From assembly GCF_009914755.1 (NCBI RefSeq), contig NC_060930.1: a DNA stretch of 64,000 nt, one strand, 5' to 3'. This document shows, in pieces, positions 1 through 13,500 of this stretch. The stretch comes from the human T2T-CHM13v2.0 reference genome, Homo sapiens. A program made the position numbers and the translations under genes. The notes below the pieces were generated by a model. It was not told where the DNA came from. It made no database searches and worked only from the letters and a program-made list of their open reading frames with translations. How positions within the stretch are numbered: position 1 is the stretch's first letter; the number at the start of each line of letters is the position of its first letter.

Positions 1-189
1 TTTTCATGTTTTTATCCTCTTGACATATTAGACACAATTACTTGAAGAATATCTAAATTATTGGTTAACCTGGTATTAAGGAACAATTTTTTTGGAGTTG
101 AAATGCCTTTTCCAAACAAATTTTTATTTTTATTTATTTATTTTAAAACTTATTTTAAAATCTATTTTTGTATGTGTGTGATTTTTTAT

Positions 190-480
190 TTAAAAAATTA
201 TTATTTATTTTATAGACATATAGTAGGTATAGATATTTGTGGGGTATATGAGATATTTTGATACAGACTTACAATGTGTAATGATCACATTAGGGTAAAT
301 GGGGTATCCAGCACCTCAAGCAATCATTATTTCTTTGTTCTATGAGCGTTCCAATTTTACTCCTTCAGTTAATCTAAAAGATACAACCAATTATTGCTGA
401 CTTATAGTCACCCTGTTATACTATCAAATACTAGATCTTATTCATTGTATCTAATTATATTTTTGTGCGTATTAACCTTT
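190..480 (-). mobile_element. L1MA-type LINE-1 3' end fragment
   Basis: T-rich tail followed by TAGTAGGTATAGATATTTGTGGGGTATATGAGATATTTTGATAC...GGGGTATCCAGCACCTCAAGC, typical of an antisense L1MA 3'UTR. Boundaries approximate. Confidence 0.75.
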
Positions 481-1065
481 CTTTTTACTTTTGAATCAGT
501 AAAGTCCTTTCTCTTTATATTGTTATTGCCACTTCTGTTTTTTAATGGTAGTCTTTGCTGTCTACTGTAACTGATTTAGCCCAATTTAAGTGACTTTTTA
601 GATTAGTGTACTTTGAAAACCAATAAAGTTGGTTTGGAATCAATTAAGAAATAGTCAATTGGTATTACAAAAACAACTTCAATAGTTTCATCTTTATTGT
701 AGATTTATTATTTATTTGTTTTTGAAATCTATCTTTTTAGCTACCTATCTTATTAATAATTAGGTAAAAGTTTTAGAAATGTAGAAAAAATGAGATTCTT
801 AAATCTAGCAATACCAATTGATTAAATCAATGGTTTTCATCCTGTATTATCTGAGGAACCTACGTTTTCTGAAAGAACTTCGTTTAGCAGGAGGAGAACA
901 ACTGTGAATAGGGCTTCTGCTCCCATGTTACTAAGGAACAATTTTACTTGTACATGCTCTCGATATTGGATTTCTGCATCAGATTTTTTTAAAACAAAGC
1001 TTCTATTGAAAAACTATATATTAAATTAGGCTAAACCTTTTATGAGAGAAAAATTTCTGAAGATA

Positions 1066-1205
1066 TGTGTGTGCATGTGTGTGTGTATGTGTGTGTATCT
1101 GTGTGTAAATACAGGCAATCTCAGATGGATGGATGGATGGATGGATGGACGGATGGATGGATGGATAGATAGACAGATAGATAGACAGACAGACAGGAAG
1201 ACAGA
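1066..1205. repeat. compound microsatellite (TG)n/(GGAT)n/(GATA)n/(GACA)n
   Basis: Tandem units directly visible. They also explain the spurious ORFs at 1021-1251. Confidence 0.95.
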
Positions 1206-1369
1206 CATTTCCCCTTAAATTACAGAGAATATTCCAGTTAAGCTGCCACAAGACCTTTCTTCCCTGCTGCTGCTGCTGTTGTGATGTATTCTTTTCTCAG
1301 TTTTCCTCATCATTGTGCCTCATCCCCACCTGGCACTCTTAATTTGCCTTGCAGTTCCAAGTTATTACT

Positions 1370-2210
1370 TGGTATCATTTTCCTGACACCTGAAGAGCTT
1401 CCTTTAACACATCTTATAATATAGTTCTAATTAAAGCACATTCCCTTAGGTTATTTTTTGGCCTAAAAATGTCATTAATTCATACTATTTTGAGTGACAT
1501 TTTTTGTTGGATTTGGAATTCTGTGTTGAAGGGTTTTTTTGTTTTTTAAAGTCAGCACTTAAAAGATATTGTTCCATTGTCTTCTGCTTTGCATTGTTTG
1601 AGATGAGAAGTCAGTGATAAATTTTTTATTAGGTTTTATTAAGATTATTAGATATATTGTTTGATATTTTTCTTCAAATCTGGACAATTTTGTTATTATT
1701 TCTTCAAACAGTTATTCTGTTCTTATTTATCTCTCCATCTTTTGGAACTCCAGTTACTTGAAATTTTTATCTGTTTAGGTCATTGAGTCTATGGGTTGTT
1801 GAATCTCTGCTCATTTTTTCCCCACCATTTTATATCTTTCTTTCAGCATAGTTTCTACTCCTGTCAAGTTTAATGGCCTTTTATTCTGCAGTGTGTAATA
1901 TATTGTTAAACAAACATAGTTGAGGTATTATATTTTTATCTTTAGATGTTCTACTTGTTTCACTTTATTAGTTGACTTTTTGTTATTTCTATACTAGATT
2001 CTTATTTTTTAGTTTCCATTTTTCTCCTATTTTTCTTCAGTCCTTAGACAAATTGATAATGACAATTTTAAAGTCTTTTATGTTGATCATATAATCTCTA
2101 TGATTTCTTTCCTTACTGGTTTTCTTTGAGTCATTTTTATCCTGACTATTGGCCACAGTTTCCCACAAATTTTTTCCATATTTAATCATGTTTATTGAAT
2201 TTTGGACATT
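1370..2210 (-). mobile_element. highly decayed old L1M fragment (ORF1 region, antisense)
   Basis: T-rich stretch with antisense L1M-like motifs (CAGCACTTAAAAGATATTGTTCCATTGTCTTCTG, GATGAGAAGTCAG, GGAACTCCAGTTAC). Confidence 0.55.
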
Positions 2211-4477
2211 GTATTATTACTTTATTTTGTATTCTTCCAGATTTTTCCCTGTATTCCAATTATTTATGTAAATAAGATATTGTAGTAGCAATTACTCATT
2301 CATGGCCAGAAAACCTATATGCTTTTTAAAAAATAAATTCTACTTGGCTTGTAACATAAAATAAATATGCTATTTTTAAACGAAAAATTCCACATGGCTT
2401 ATAATAATGGAATGAACAGTTTCCAGTACCAAACCCTTACTATTACCCTGATTCCCTACTCAAAAAAATTTTCATACTATTTCATAAATTTATTCTGTTA
2501 TTGACTTTCAAGTTTCTAAGTAATATGTTCATATTTTTGTGTATTACCTTTTAAATTTAACACATTTTTACTTGGCTTAGCGTTTATGCTTCAATGATTG
2601 CCCAGCTTTACAGATATAAATCCCTCTTTTTGTTATTCAAATACTATGAATACTTATTAATTTTAATCTTTTAAACATTTACAGTCTCTTCACTATCATG
2701 TTTAAAATTTACTTTATTGCTCTCCTATGGTGAATCTACTCTAAACTGAATTCTATATGTTACTCAGGCTTAGTTTATTCATTTATTGATATATTCATTG
2801 ATAATATAATCAAATTTCATTAGTACCAGCTTCAAAATGACTGGAGTATTTGAAAGCTAATAAATAATATAAGGCTGATGTAATTTAGTCCTATACTTTT
2901 TTAGCCACAAGCTAAAAGTCGAAAGAATGTGAGTGATATTATGGTGAGTAAATTAATGACTTTAATAAATTACACGTGGGCCATAAAGGAGAAAACAGAA
3001 AAATAAAGAAGTAGGATATTCCATGCTATGAATATTTATTAAATGCCTACTAAGTATTTATTAGTTTCTCATAAATCATTCCAAGGCTTGGGAACTTGGA
3101 AAATAATAGATCAAGAAAAAGAGAGAAATTGGTAGGAAGTGCTGATTCTAAGGCCATATGGATGAACTTGGATGTTAATGTAGTGTTTCTGATGTTTAGT
3201 TGTTATATAGACTAAGAAAAAATTGGATGGTAATTATTTGTTGTCTATAAGGCCAACTATCACATGTTAGTCTATAAATATCTTAAATGTGGGACTTTAG
3301 CAACTTAGTGACAGAACAACTATATAAATATAGGAATACTTTAGTTCACAAAATTTGGTGATACTTAAATCAATTTTATTTTACTTTGATCTATTCACCA
3401 AGTCATATGCACTTTGTAATATTTATGTGGTTCAAGTGGACATAGTCTACATGTAGAAGTAAACTAGAAAGTGGTTTAAGTCAAATTCCCCATACAAATA
3501 TAAAATTTATACATGGATTTAACAACTATTTACTAAGCACATACTCGGTAGTAAGCACAGGGTCACCATATATGGTTATGCAAATTGTTCATTGACAAAG
3601 AAAGTCTAGCTGATAAAGTGGAGTAGAGCCTGAAAATTAATCGACATTTTTTCCCCAAGCTGTCTGCTCAGAAAAGGTGTGCTTTAAAAAATCTGTAAAC
3701 CTAGAGGGTTTACTTTTTCTAATTCAAACAAAATCACCATATAGCATATGTGGGGCTAGGTGTTGGTGCAATATCATGTTAGTAGAAACCCAGATAAAGT
3801 TCAGTTTAAGGAAATAGACTGATAGATTTCTGTTTCTGATAACAGCACAGTAACTTGTTGGAGACCAAGTCTCTTATTAATATGACTAGATATAATTCAT
3901 ATAAAATTATATTTACAGGCTATAGGGAACTACCACGGAAGCAAGGACTTGAGGGGCCAATATCTCAGAGAGAAGGAAAGTACAAAGTGTTGATCTTGAC
4001 ATTTCCTCTTATATTTTGAATTTACAAGTGGCAGATGAAATTTGCAGAAGCTGAATAGGAACTTCTATAAGTTTTGTGGTTGAGGTGAAGTATTGAAACT
4101 CAGGGGCAAATAATCATTTTCTCTGGAGGATTGGAATGACAAAATTACAGGACAACATTTGAAGCTATGTTTCTAAAGTTTTCAGGTCAGCAAGGTTTCA
4201 AAGCAGCCGAAAGTTTATTCCATGGATATTTGCATCAGTGTTTTTGTTGGTTATTATTTCTTCACTGCAGAAACTGGCAAAGAATGTCTCTGGACAATGG
4301 AACTAGAAAAGCCTGAGCACAATTTTGTCTGTTTCTCTCCAGTTTACTCTCTCAGCAAGAACAGACATGCTCTTTTCCACAGTACAATCTCTACAGCACC
4401 TACCCCATCCTCAGACATTCACACACATAATTTCAATGCAGCTATCTGTATACTAATTTCCCATGATTTCTTTATTG

Positions 4478-4965
4478 TTTAACAGCTTTATTGAGGTAAA
4501 CTTCACATATCATATATAATTTATCTATTTAAAAATACAATTCAGGGTTTTAATATGTTCACAGAGTTATTCAACCATTACTACAATTAATTTTAGAATT
4601 TGTCACCCCAAAAAGAAACACCTTACCTGTTAGTAGTTTGTCTCTATTATTTCTTCAATGCTAGGGAATTACTAATATTATTCTATCCTCATAGATTTAC
4701 CTATTGTGGATATGTTACACATCCTATGTGATTGGCTTCTTTAATTTAGTATAATTTTCTTAACATTTCTCTATGTTGTAACATGTATCAGTATTTCACC
4801 CCTTTTAATTGCCGAATAACATTCCATTGCATGGATATATCATATTTTATCTATACATCGCTTGATTCGCCTTTGGGTTGTTTCCATTTTTGGCTAGTGT
4901 GAATACTCCTGCTATGATGTTTCATGTACAGATTTGTGTGTGGACATATTTGCATTTATTTTGAG
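4478..4965 (-). mobile_element. L1MB-type LINE-1 3' fragment
   Basis: TTAACAGCTTTATTGAGGTA...CACAGAGTTATTCAACCATTAC...GGGTTGTTTCCATTTTTGGCT, an antisense L1M 3' region. Confidence 0.75.
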
Positions 4966-5251
4966 AATTATGAGTCATCCAATAAATTTTCTTTATACAT
5001 TTGTGTGATATATTTGGGTTCATGTTTCCCGACTATACTGAAGTATAACTACTTCAGTATAAATTTTGAGGAGGGAGCTAGTAGCTAGGGGCTAATTCTT
5101 CACACTGATTTTGGGAAATCAATACATCAAAACTACCTTTAATTGAAAACATCCTAAATGTCCATCTACAAGATCTTACCCAAATAAAATGCTGTACAAC
5201 TACATGCTGTGAATTGGAGTAGAAATATGTCCATAATGGACATATGGAGTG

Positions 5252-5550
5252 TGCAGTAGATGCTGTGGTATCCATCCAGATCTCCCTCTAGGAGTAAAGG
5301 ATTTTCATCCTCCTTTCACTATTGGAAGTGATGCTGGCAAGTTGACTTTACATTTGAACATTCTTTGGGAAGTACTTTAGCCCAAGAATGTGGGATCATC
5401 TAAGTTTACTCCCATTTTCCGGGGGAAGTTTACATTCAACAATGGGTCAAAAAGGGACAATAACAGCCTGAACCCATCACCCTAACTTTTGACAGCTCTT
5501 AATGGTCAGTCCAGCTACAAACTTGACATGGGATTGTTCAGAGCCTTTGG
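5252..5550 (+). mobile_element. LTR16-like (ERVL) solo LTR, 5' part
   Basis: Starts TGCAGTAGATGCTGTGG...CCAGATCTCCC. The rest of the LTR resumes at 23136. Flanks GAGTG (5247-5251) and GAATG (23289-23293) form a degenerate 5-bp TSD. Confidence 0.6.
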
Positions 5551-6555
5551 GACTCCTCCCTAACTCATTCTAGCAAACCAGCATCAGCCTAATACCAAAA
5601 TCTGGCAAAGACACGACAAAGAATGGAAACTTCAGGCCAATATCCCTGATGAACATAGAAGCAAGAATTCTTAACAAAATACTAACAAACTGAATCCAGT
5701 AGCAGATCAAAAAGTTAATTCACCATGATGAAGTAGGCTTTATTTTTGGGATGCAAAGTTGGTTCAACATATGCAAATCAATAAATGTGATTCACTGCAT
5801 AAACAGAATTAAAAGCAAAAATCAAATCATCATTGTGACAGATGCATAAAAAAGTTTCTCATAAAAGCCAACATGCCTTCATGGTAAAAACCTTCAACGA
5901 ACTAGGCATTGAAGAAACATACCTCAGAATATGAGCCATTTATGACAATTCCATAGCCAACAATATACTGAATGGGCAAAAGCTTTCCCCTTGAGAACTT
6001 AAAAAGACAAGGATGCCCCTCACATCACCCCATTCAATAGTACTGGAAGTTCCAGCCACAGTAATCAGGCAACAGAAATAAATTAAATGCATCCAAAATA
6101 GGAAAATAAGTCAAACGATCTTTCTTCAATGTGATGGGACTGTATATTTAGAAAACCATAAAGACTCTGCCAAAAGGCTACTGGACCTGATACATAATTT
6201 TAGCAAGATTTCAGGATACAAAATCAATGTATAAAAATCGGTATATTTCTATGTATCAATAACATCCAGGCTGAGAGTCAAATCAAGAATGTAATCTTGT
6301 TTACAGTAACCACAAAGAAAATGAAATATCTAGGAATACAGCTAACCAAATAGGTGAAAGACCACACAAAGAGAACTACAAAACACTGCCGAAAGAAATC
6401 AGAGATGACACAAATGAATGGAAAAATGTTCCATGCTCATGGGTTGGAGGAATTAATATCATTGAAATTGCCCAAAGAAACTTAAACATTTGATGTTATT
6501 CCTATCGAACTACCAAAGTCATTCTTCACAGCATTAGAAAAAAGCTATTCTAAAA
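5551..6555 (+). mobile_element. 5'-truncated L1 (L1PA15-17-like), ORF2 RT region, 5' part
   Basis: Decayed ORF2 sequence (CCAATATCCCTGATGAACATAGAAGCAAGAATTC...). Interrupted at ...GCTATTCTAAAA and continues colinearly at 21661. Confidence 0.85.
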
Positions 6556-7548
6556 GAACAAACCAGGAATCCCAAGAAGACCCACAGACCCTCTGAAGGA
6601 AGTGGAGTGCTCCTGCAGGACCCTGGAGATATCTCAAATACTGTGCTGGTATCCACAGCTGAGAGACCACAGATGGTTAATATCACAGGACTCTGTGCAG
6701 ACAACCCCCTGGAGCCGGGTAGGCTTGCTGTGTAGCTAGATCCAGAAGAGAGATAACAATCATTGCATCTTGGCTCACAGAAAGCCACATTCATAGGAAA
6801 AGGGGGAGAGAACTGCATCAAGGGAACACCCTGTGGGACAAAAGAATCGGAACAACAGCCTTTAGCCCTAGACCTTTCCTCTGACAGAGCCTACCCAAAT
6901 GAAAAGGAACTAGATAACCAACTCTGGTAATATGATAAAACAAGGCTCTTTAACACCTCCCAAAAAGTCTCACTAGTTCACCAGAAATAGTTCCAACCTA
7001 AGAAGAAATCTCTGATTTACCTGAAAAAGAATTCAGGAGGTAAGTTATTAAGCTAATCAGGGAGGCACCAGAGAAAGGTGAAGCCCAGTGCAAGGAAATC
7101 CAAAAAACAATACAAGAAGTGAAGGGAGAAATATTCAGGGAAATAGATAGCATAAAGGAAAAACAAACCTTCAGGAAACACTGGACACACTTACAAAAAT
7201 GCAAAATTCTCTGGAAAGTCTCAGCAATATAATTGAACAAGTAGAATAAAGAAATTCAGAGCTTGAAGACAAGGTTTTTGAACTAAATCTAAAAAAGACA
7301 AAGAAAAAAATAAGAAAACATGAAAAGTCTCCAAAAAGTCTGGGATTATATTAAATGACCAAACCTAAGAATAATTGGTATTCCTAAGGAAGAAGAGAAA
7401 TCTAAAAGTTTGGAAAACATATTTGGGGGAATAATTAAGGAAAACTTCCCTGGCCTTGTTAGAGACCTAGACATCCAAATACAAGAAGCACAAGGAACAC
7501 CTGGGAAATTCATCATAAAAAGCTCATTGCCTAGGCATATTGTCATCA
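6556..7548 (+). mobile_element. L1PB-like LINE-1, short 5'UTR and 5' part of ORF1
   Basis: L1PB-type 5'UTR motifs (CCCACAGACCCTCTGAAGG, GTGCTGGTATCCACAGCTGAGAGACC). Decayed ORF1 from about 6899, broken by the provirus at CATCA. Confidence 0.85.
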
Positions 7549-8060
7549 TGAAGAAGGAATTAATGAAATAAACTATAACCTAATAGTAGTAGTAATAGAA
7601 ATTTAAAAATCCTCTTAAAGTTTCTGCAAAGTGTGACCCCCTTCCCCCACTTACACTCAAGTTAAAAGAGAATATTAACAGCCTGTCTTCTCTCTGTGGT
7701 CAGTGGACCTCATCTATACTCCTCAACTCCACATTCCTCAAAGTTTATTACAGGCCCAGCGTAATAAACTGCTTACCTCCCTAGCATGCCTGCAGGGTCA
7801 CAAGACCAATAAGTTTAGGTCGCAAGACATGTTTCTCTCAAGATGTAAGAAATGTTGTAATGCTGCCTTTGTTTCTTCCTTCTGTAACTTGCTTCCCATC
7901 TCACATAGTTGCTGCTTTAAGATGTTTAAAAGTAGGAAAAGCCTTTTGTTTGGGGCTCAGACTTTCTGGACAAATGTCTGGCTGAGCCAGTTATCACCTT
8001 AATTTGATAAACTCTCCTGAACCTTTTTTGGTCTCTCCAGTCTTTGATTGTCCTGTACCA
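7549..8060 (+). repeat. ERV 5' LTR
   Basis: TG...CA termini. Direct repeat of 16599-17118, roughly 90% identical by manual comparison. Confidence 0.95.
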
Positions 8061-8064
8061 TTTC

Positions 8065-8082
8065 TGGGGGCCCATCTGGGAT
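8065..8082 (+). promoter_or_regulatory. primer-binding site, tRNA-Pro type
   Basis: TGGGGGCCCATCTGGGAT versus canonical Pro PBS TGGGGGCTCGTCCGGGAT (15/18, two mismatches at CpGs). Lies just after the 5' LTR. Confidence 0.85.
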
Positions 8083-8789
8083 TGGAGATGGCAGATTTTC
8101 TGTCTCCTTTACCTGTGGACTACAGCTCCAGGATGTGGGAGACTTGGGGTCCTTGGCACTGCCAGGAGAGTTTCAGCCTGGAAGGAGAATGGCCCTCCTG
8201 CATTCTGGAGCCTTCCCCCAACAGCACAAATGGAACCAGTAGAAAGGGTTGCAGGATGGTCACGGGAGCAGCATGTGCAGACATCTGAACCACAGTAAGG
8301 TTTGGGCCCTAAGGCAAGACCCATCCCATAAAGACAGAAGGGGAGCTTGATCACATCCCAGGGCATGATGACTAGTCCAACCCGAGGGGGTTGGGAACAC
8401 TGGGAGAGGCCCACTGACTCGGACAAAATTCACACCCTAACTGACACCAGATGTGGATGGGGCCCACGAGTCAGAAAGGAAAACCGTTTCAGGGACGGAG
8501 GAGGTGTGTGAAAGTGTGTGGAAGAGAGTCTCGGGAGAGACCATCATGGGGCGTGATGTAGGGAGGCACGGATCTCTTAGTGTGGACTATGTGCTCTGAG
8601 GTGAATGTGGGAAAAACCAGATCTAGGACACTGTATACAGCCCATAGGACCAGCTCCACAGCTGCAGCTAGCTGTGACAGGAATTAAGGCATGCTCCTGG
8701 CTAAGCAGTGTTTGAACCTCCCATAATAGGACCCAGTCTGGTGGATCCAAGAGTGAAAGTGAGAGTGAAAGCACCTCGCAAGGGAGGAA

Positions 8790-10521
8790 ATGGGAGGAAA
8801 AGTATCAAAGCCTACTCCACTGGGGTGCATGCTGAAAAATTTTAAGAAAGGTTTTAATGATATTGGGTTATGCTAACTCCACAGAAACTGAGGACCCTTT
8901 GTGAGATAGACCGGCCATCTTTTAATGTAGGGTAGCTGGCTGAAGGGACAATAGACAGGGAAATAATGGGCCAAGTGTTCCGGGTAGTCACCGGGGTTGG
9001 AGAACAGCCTGGGCACCCAGATCAGTTTCCATATATTGACTCCTGGCTAAGTATAATTCAAAACCACCCTAAGTGGCTGCAGGCCTGCATTGAGACCTAC
9101 TGTAAGACTCTAATGGCCCAGATAAAACCAGGAACCATAGAAAGAGATTGCAAGGCATCAGTAAAAGAAAAGGATTCACAGGAAAAGCAGAAAAAACCCG
9201 TCCTACAGGCCCCACCTGAAGAGTTAGAAAGTCCACCCCTCTATGCACCAATTTATCCATCCCTGGCAAGGCTTAGACAGGAAGCTGCCCCAGCTGCCCC
9301 CAGAGGTTCAGATTCAGAAGAAAGCACCCCTCAGGCAACACCATGCAGAGAGGAGCCAGAGCCCTTGCCTGAAAAGTGAAGGGAGGAACTCCAGGGGGAT
9401 GAGGTCAGCCGCCTTAGGTCAGGCCATGCCCAAGCAATGCAGATCCCCCTCCAAGAAACATGGGAACAAATTTATTTGAATGCACAGAATGAAGTCCAAG
9501 GGGGAGAATGGCTCTTAATTTATCAGCCCTTCTCTACTACTGATCTCTTAAATTGGAGACAACATACTCCCTCTTATACAGGGAAACCTCAAGCTCTTAT
9601 AGATCTAATGCAGTCCATTTCCTAATTCACAATCTTACCTGGGCTGATTGCAAACAACTTCTTCAGTCATTATTTAATACAGAAGAGCACCACAGAGTTA
9701 TACAAGCTGCCTTCCAGTGGCTGGAGAACAATGCACCTGCAGGTACAGGATATATCAGGCAGTATGCACAACAAGCACTCCCAATAGAGGCTGACACAGG
9801 CTGGGACCCTAACCAGGCTCAAGGGCTACAAAGCTTGCAGTGGTATCGAGAGGCACTCCTAAATGGAATAAAGGCTGGAGGGAAGAAGGCCACCAATATT
9901 GGAAAAGTCTCAGAGGTCTGCCAGAAGCCAGATGAAAGTCCCAGTGAATTTTATGAGAGGCTGTGCGAGGCTTACCAGCTTTACACACCATTTGACCCAG
10001 AGGCTGCAGGTAATCAGTGTATGGTTAATGTGGCATTTGTAAGCCAGGCACAAGGAGACATAAAGCGAAAGCTTCAGAAGTTAGAAGGTTTTGAAGGCAC
10101 CTAAATAACCCAGGTTATCTATGTGGCTACTAATGTATTTGTAAATTGGGATGAGGAGGCCAAGAGAGAAGGCAGACACAGAGCTAAGGAAAAGGCAGAC
10201 TTGCTGGTGGCAGCCTTAGTTGGAAAAGAAACTGGTTTTGTGAGAAGATGTGGTTGTGGTCATGGTCGTGGTAGAGGACAAGCTAGGTAAAACTAGGTAG
10301 CTAAGCCAGGACAAGAGCTGACCTAGGCCTGAGAGAGATCAATGTGTGACATGCAAGCAGATGGGACACTGAAGAATGAATGCCCACAAAGAGAAAAGGA
10401 TAAAGGCAACAATCAGGGACAAAATGGCTGGCCAGAACCCCCTACTGCTGGTCAAGGGATTCAGAAATCAGACATGGATTTAATCGGACTGGCAGGAATC
10501 AATTATTATTATGAGGACTGA
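8790..10521 (+). pseudogene. gag: ERV gag (disrupted)
   Basis: ATG at 8790 (MGGKVSKPTPLG). GHPDQFPYIDSW matrix motif, major homology region QKPDESPSEFYERL, and a frameshifted CCHC knuckle near 10340-10385. Ends at TGA 10519-10521, in frame with pro. Multiple stops and frameshifts. Confidence 0.9.
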
Positions 10522-13500
10522 GACAGACCAGGCTCCATTTCATTAGGCCCCGAGGAGCCTATGGTCTCAATGGAGGTAGGAGGCTGGAAAAAGGACTTTA
10601 TGGTCGATACTGGTGTGGAGCACTCGGTAGTAAATCAAGCAATTTGGCTATTGTCTAAAAATTATGTCAATATAATTGGAGCTACAGGAATAACAGAAAA
10701 GAGGCCTTATTTCAAATCTAAAATATGTGTCCAACATGAATTTTTATATTTGCCAAATTGTCTGGTGCCCTTGTTAGGAAGAGATTTGCTCCAGAAATTG
10801 CAAGCACAAATCTCCTTTACACTAGAAGGGGACATGACTCTAAACCTAGGTCAAAGAAAAGCCATCATAATGACGCTTACTGTCCCAACAACAGAGGAAT
10901 GGAGACTCTATGAGAGATGCAAAATTTGTAAAGATGCATTTTGCCAGTGGGAAAATGAGGCAATGTATAAGGAATTATTTCTCAAGCTGCCAGGGGTCTT
11001 GGTGGAAGACAATCCCCCGGGGCTAGCCATAAATCAGGCACCCGTAGTGGTGGAACTGCTGTGGGGCACTTACCCAGTGCGAATCTGTCACAATCCCATT
11101 CCAGCAGAAGCCACCCATGGGATTACTAAGCATATAGACCAGTTCCTTAAATTTGGGATAATAGAAAGATGTGCCTCTTCTTGGAACACTCCATTGCTAC
11201 CGGTGTTAAAGCCCCCCGGAGATTACCAGCCGGTACAGGATTTATGGGCAGTAAATAAGGTTGCAGCTACATTATATGCCATTGTGTCCAACCCATATAC
11301 AATGCTTGGGCGAATTCCTGCTGACGGTGCTTGGTTTACATGCTTATACATAAAGGATGCATTCTTCTGCATCCAACTAGCTCCTGAAAGCATCTTTGCC
11401 TTTGAGTGGGGCTTATCACAGTATACTTGGACCAGACTCCACCAAGGATTGAAAAACTCCCCAACCATTTTCAAGGAAGCACTAGCCCAGACCTGAAGGC
11501 TTTCATGCCACCAAGTGACCGCCGTGTCCTGTTGCAGTATATAGATGATTTATTGTTAGCTGCACCCACAAAAGAAGAGTGCTTTCAAGGCACAGAAAGC
11601 TTCCTTCGTGTTCTGTGGGAGGCTGGCTATAAGGTGTCTAAGGAAAAGGCACAAATCTGTGGCCAAAGAGCAAGGTATCTTGGCTTTAACATCTCTCAAG
11701 GGCAGCGTGAGCTCGGACATGAGTGAAAAGAGACTGTGTGTGGCATTCCTCAACCTGGCACTGGACAACAAGTGTGGGAGTTTTTAGGGGCAGCTGGTTT
11801 GTCTCACATTTGGATTCCAAATTACACACTCGGCAAAACCATTGTATGAGACTACCAAAGGGAGGGGGGAAAGAACCCCTCCTGTGGGGAAAAGAGCAGG
11901 ACACGGCCTTCAAAGAAATCAAGAAGGCTTTGATCCAGGTCCCAGCATTGGAACTGCCAGACATGACAAGGCCTTTTTACCTGTATGTCCATGAAAGAAA
12001 AGGAATAGCTACAGGAGTCTTGGTACAAAAACTAGGGTCATGATATCAGCCCATGGCATATTTGTTCAAGTGACTAGACTTGGTGGCTATGGGATGGCAT
12101 TGGCAGCCACTGCCCTGTTAGCACAAGATGCTAACAAGCTCACATTTGGACAAAGGTTAATAATTTGCGTGCCCCACATGGTCATCACCCTGTTGGAGCA
12201 GAGGGGGTATCGCTTGCTTTCTAACCCTAGGATGTTAAGATATCAAGGACTTTTTTGTGAAAACCCCTACATAACCTTAGAGACTGTGAATAATCTAAAT
12301 CCAGCCACACTGCTGCCAATACAGTGGGTGGAGCATGGAAAGTCCCCATTGTGTGGCCCAGGGTATCACTGTTGTGTGGAAACAGTGGATGAGGTTTTCT
12401 CAAGCTAAAAAGACTTAAAGGACCAGCCCTTAAAATACCAAGATGTTGAATACTTTACTGATGAAAGCAGCTTCATATCTGAAGGTGTCAGATGGGCTGG
12501 ATATGCAGTGGTAACACTGAATTCAGTAGCTGAAGCCTGCCCTCTGCTGGTCGGAACTTCGGCCCAAAGAGCTGAGCTAATAGCTCTCACTAGAACGTTG
12601 CTCTTGGCCAAAGGAAAGTCAGTAAGCATCTATACTGACTCAAGGTATGTTTTTGCCATTTGCATGCCCATGGAGCCATATACAAGGAAAGAGGATTATT
12701 AACTACTGAAGGAAAGGAAATCAAAAATGAAAAGGAAATAGAGCAGCTCTTAGAAGCCATATGGGCTCCAAAAGAAGTAGCAGTCATCTATTGCAAAGGG
12801 CATCAAACAGGAGGGCGTGACGAGGCTAGAGGAAACAGAAAGGCGACAGAGAAGCCAAAAGAGCTGCAATGACAGAGGTAACTAAGAAGGAAGAGGAAAC
12901 CCTTACCATGCCCTTACTGGAGCTTCCCCTAACAGAACCCACTAACTACTCCTCTAATGAAAAGGCATTTGAGCAGGACAGTGGAAGTTACCAGAAAGGA
13001 GGTTGGTGGAAGTTCTCAGATGGGAGGCTCGCCTTCCAATAGCCCCCCCCGCCCAGTTCATAAAAGTTTCATCAAGGAATGCATATGGGAAAAACTGCAT
13101 TAGAGACTCTTGTAGGACAGCATTTCTATGTGCTGCACCTAACTGCCATCGCTCAAGCCATTTGTGAGCAATGTTTAACTTGTGCCCAAAACAATCCATG
13201 GCAGGGGCCAACATGGCCCCCAGGGATTCAAGAAACTGGAGCTACACCGTGTGAAAACCTGCTTGTGGACTTTACCAAGCTGCCTCAAGCCAGAGGCTAC
13301 TGGTACATGCTAGTGTTTGCCTTCACTTTCTCAGGGTGGGTTGAGGCATTTCCCACCAGGACAGAGAAAGCTCAGGAAGTAACCAAGATCTTACTAAAGG
13401 ACATTATTTCTAGATTTTGACTGACTCTAACATTAGGATCAGACAGTGGCCCAGTGTTTGTGGTAGAGATAGTACAACAGCTAACGCAGATGTTAAAAAT

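Noticed and set aside
1021-1251. ORFs with HPSI/HT repeats
   Set aside because: Products of microsatellite translation.
10561-11496. 311-aa pro/RT ORF as a functional or domesticated gene
   Set aside because: Frameshifted before the YIDD motif, LPQG altered to LHQG, and upstream gag is disrupted.
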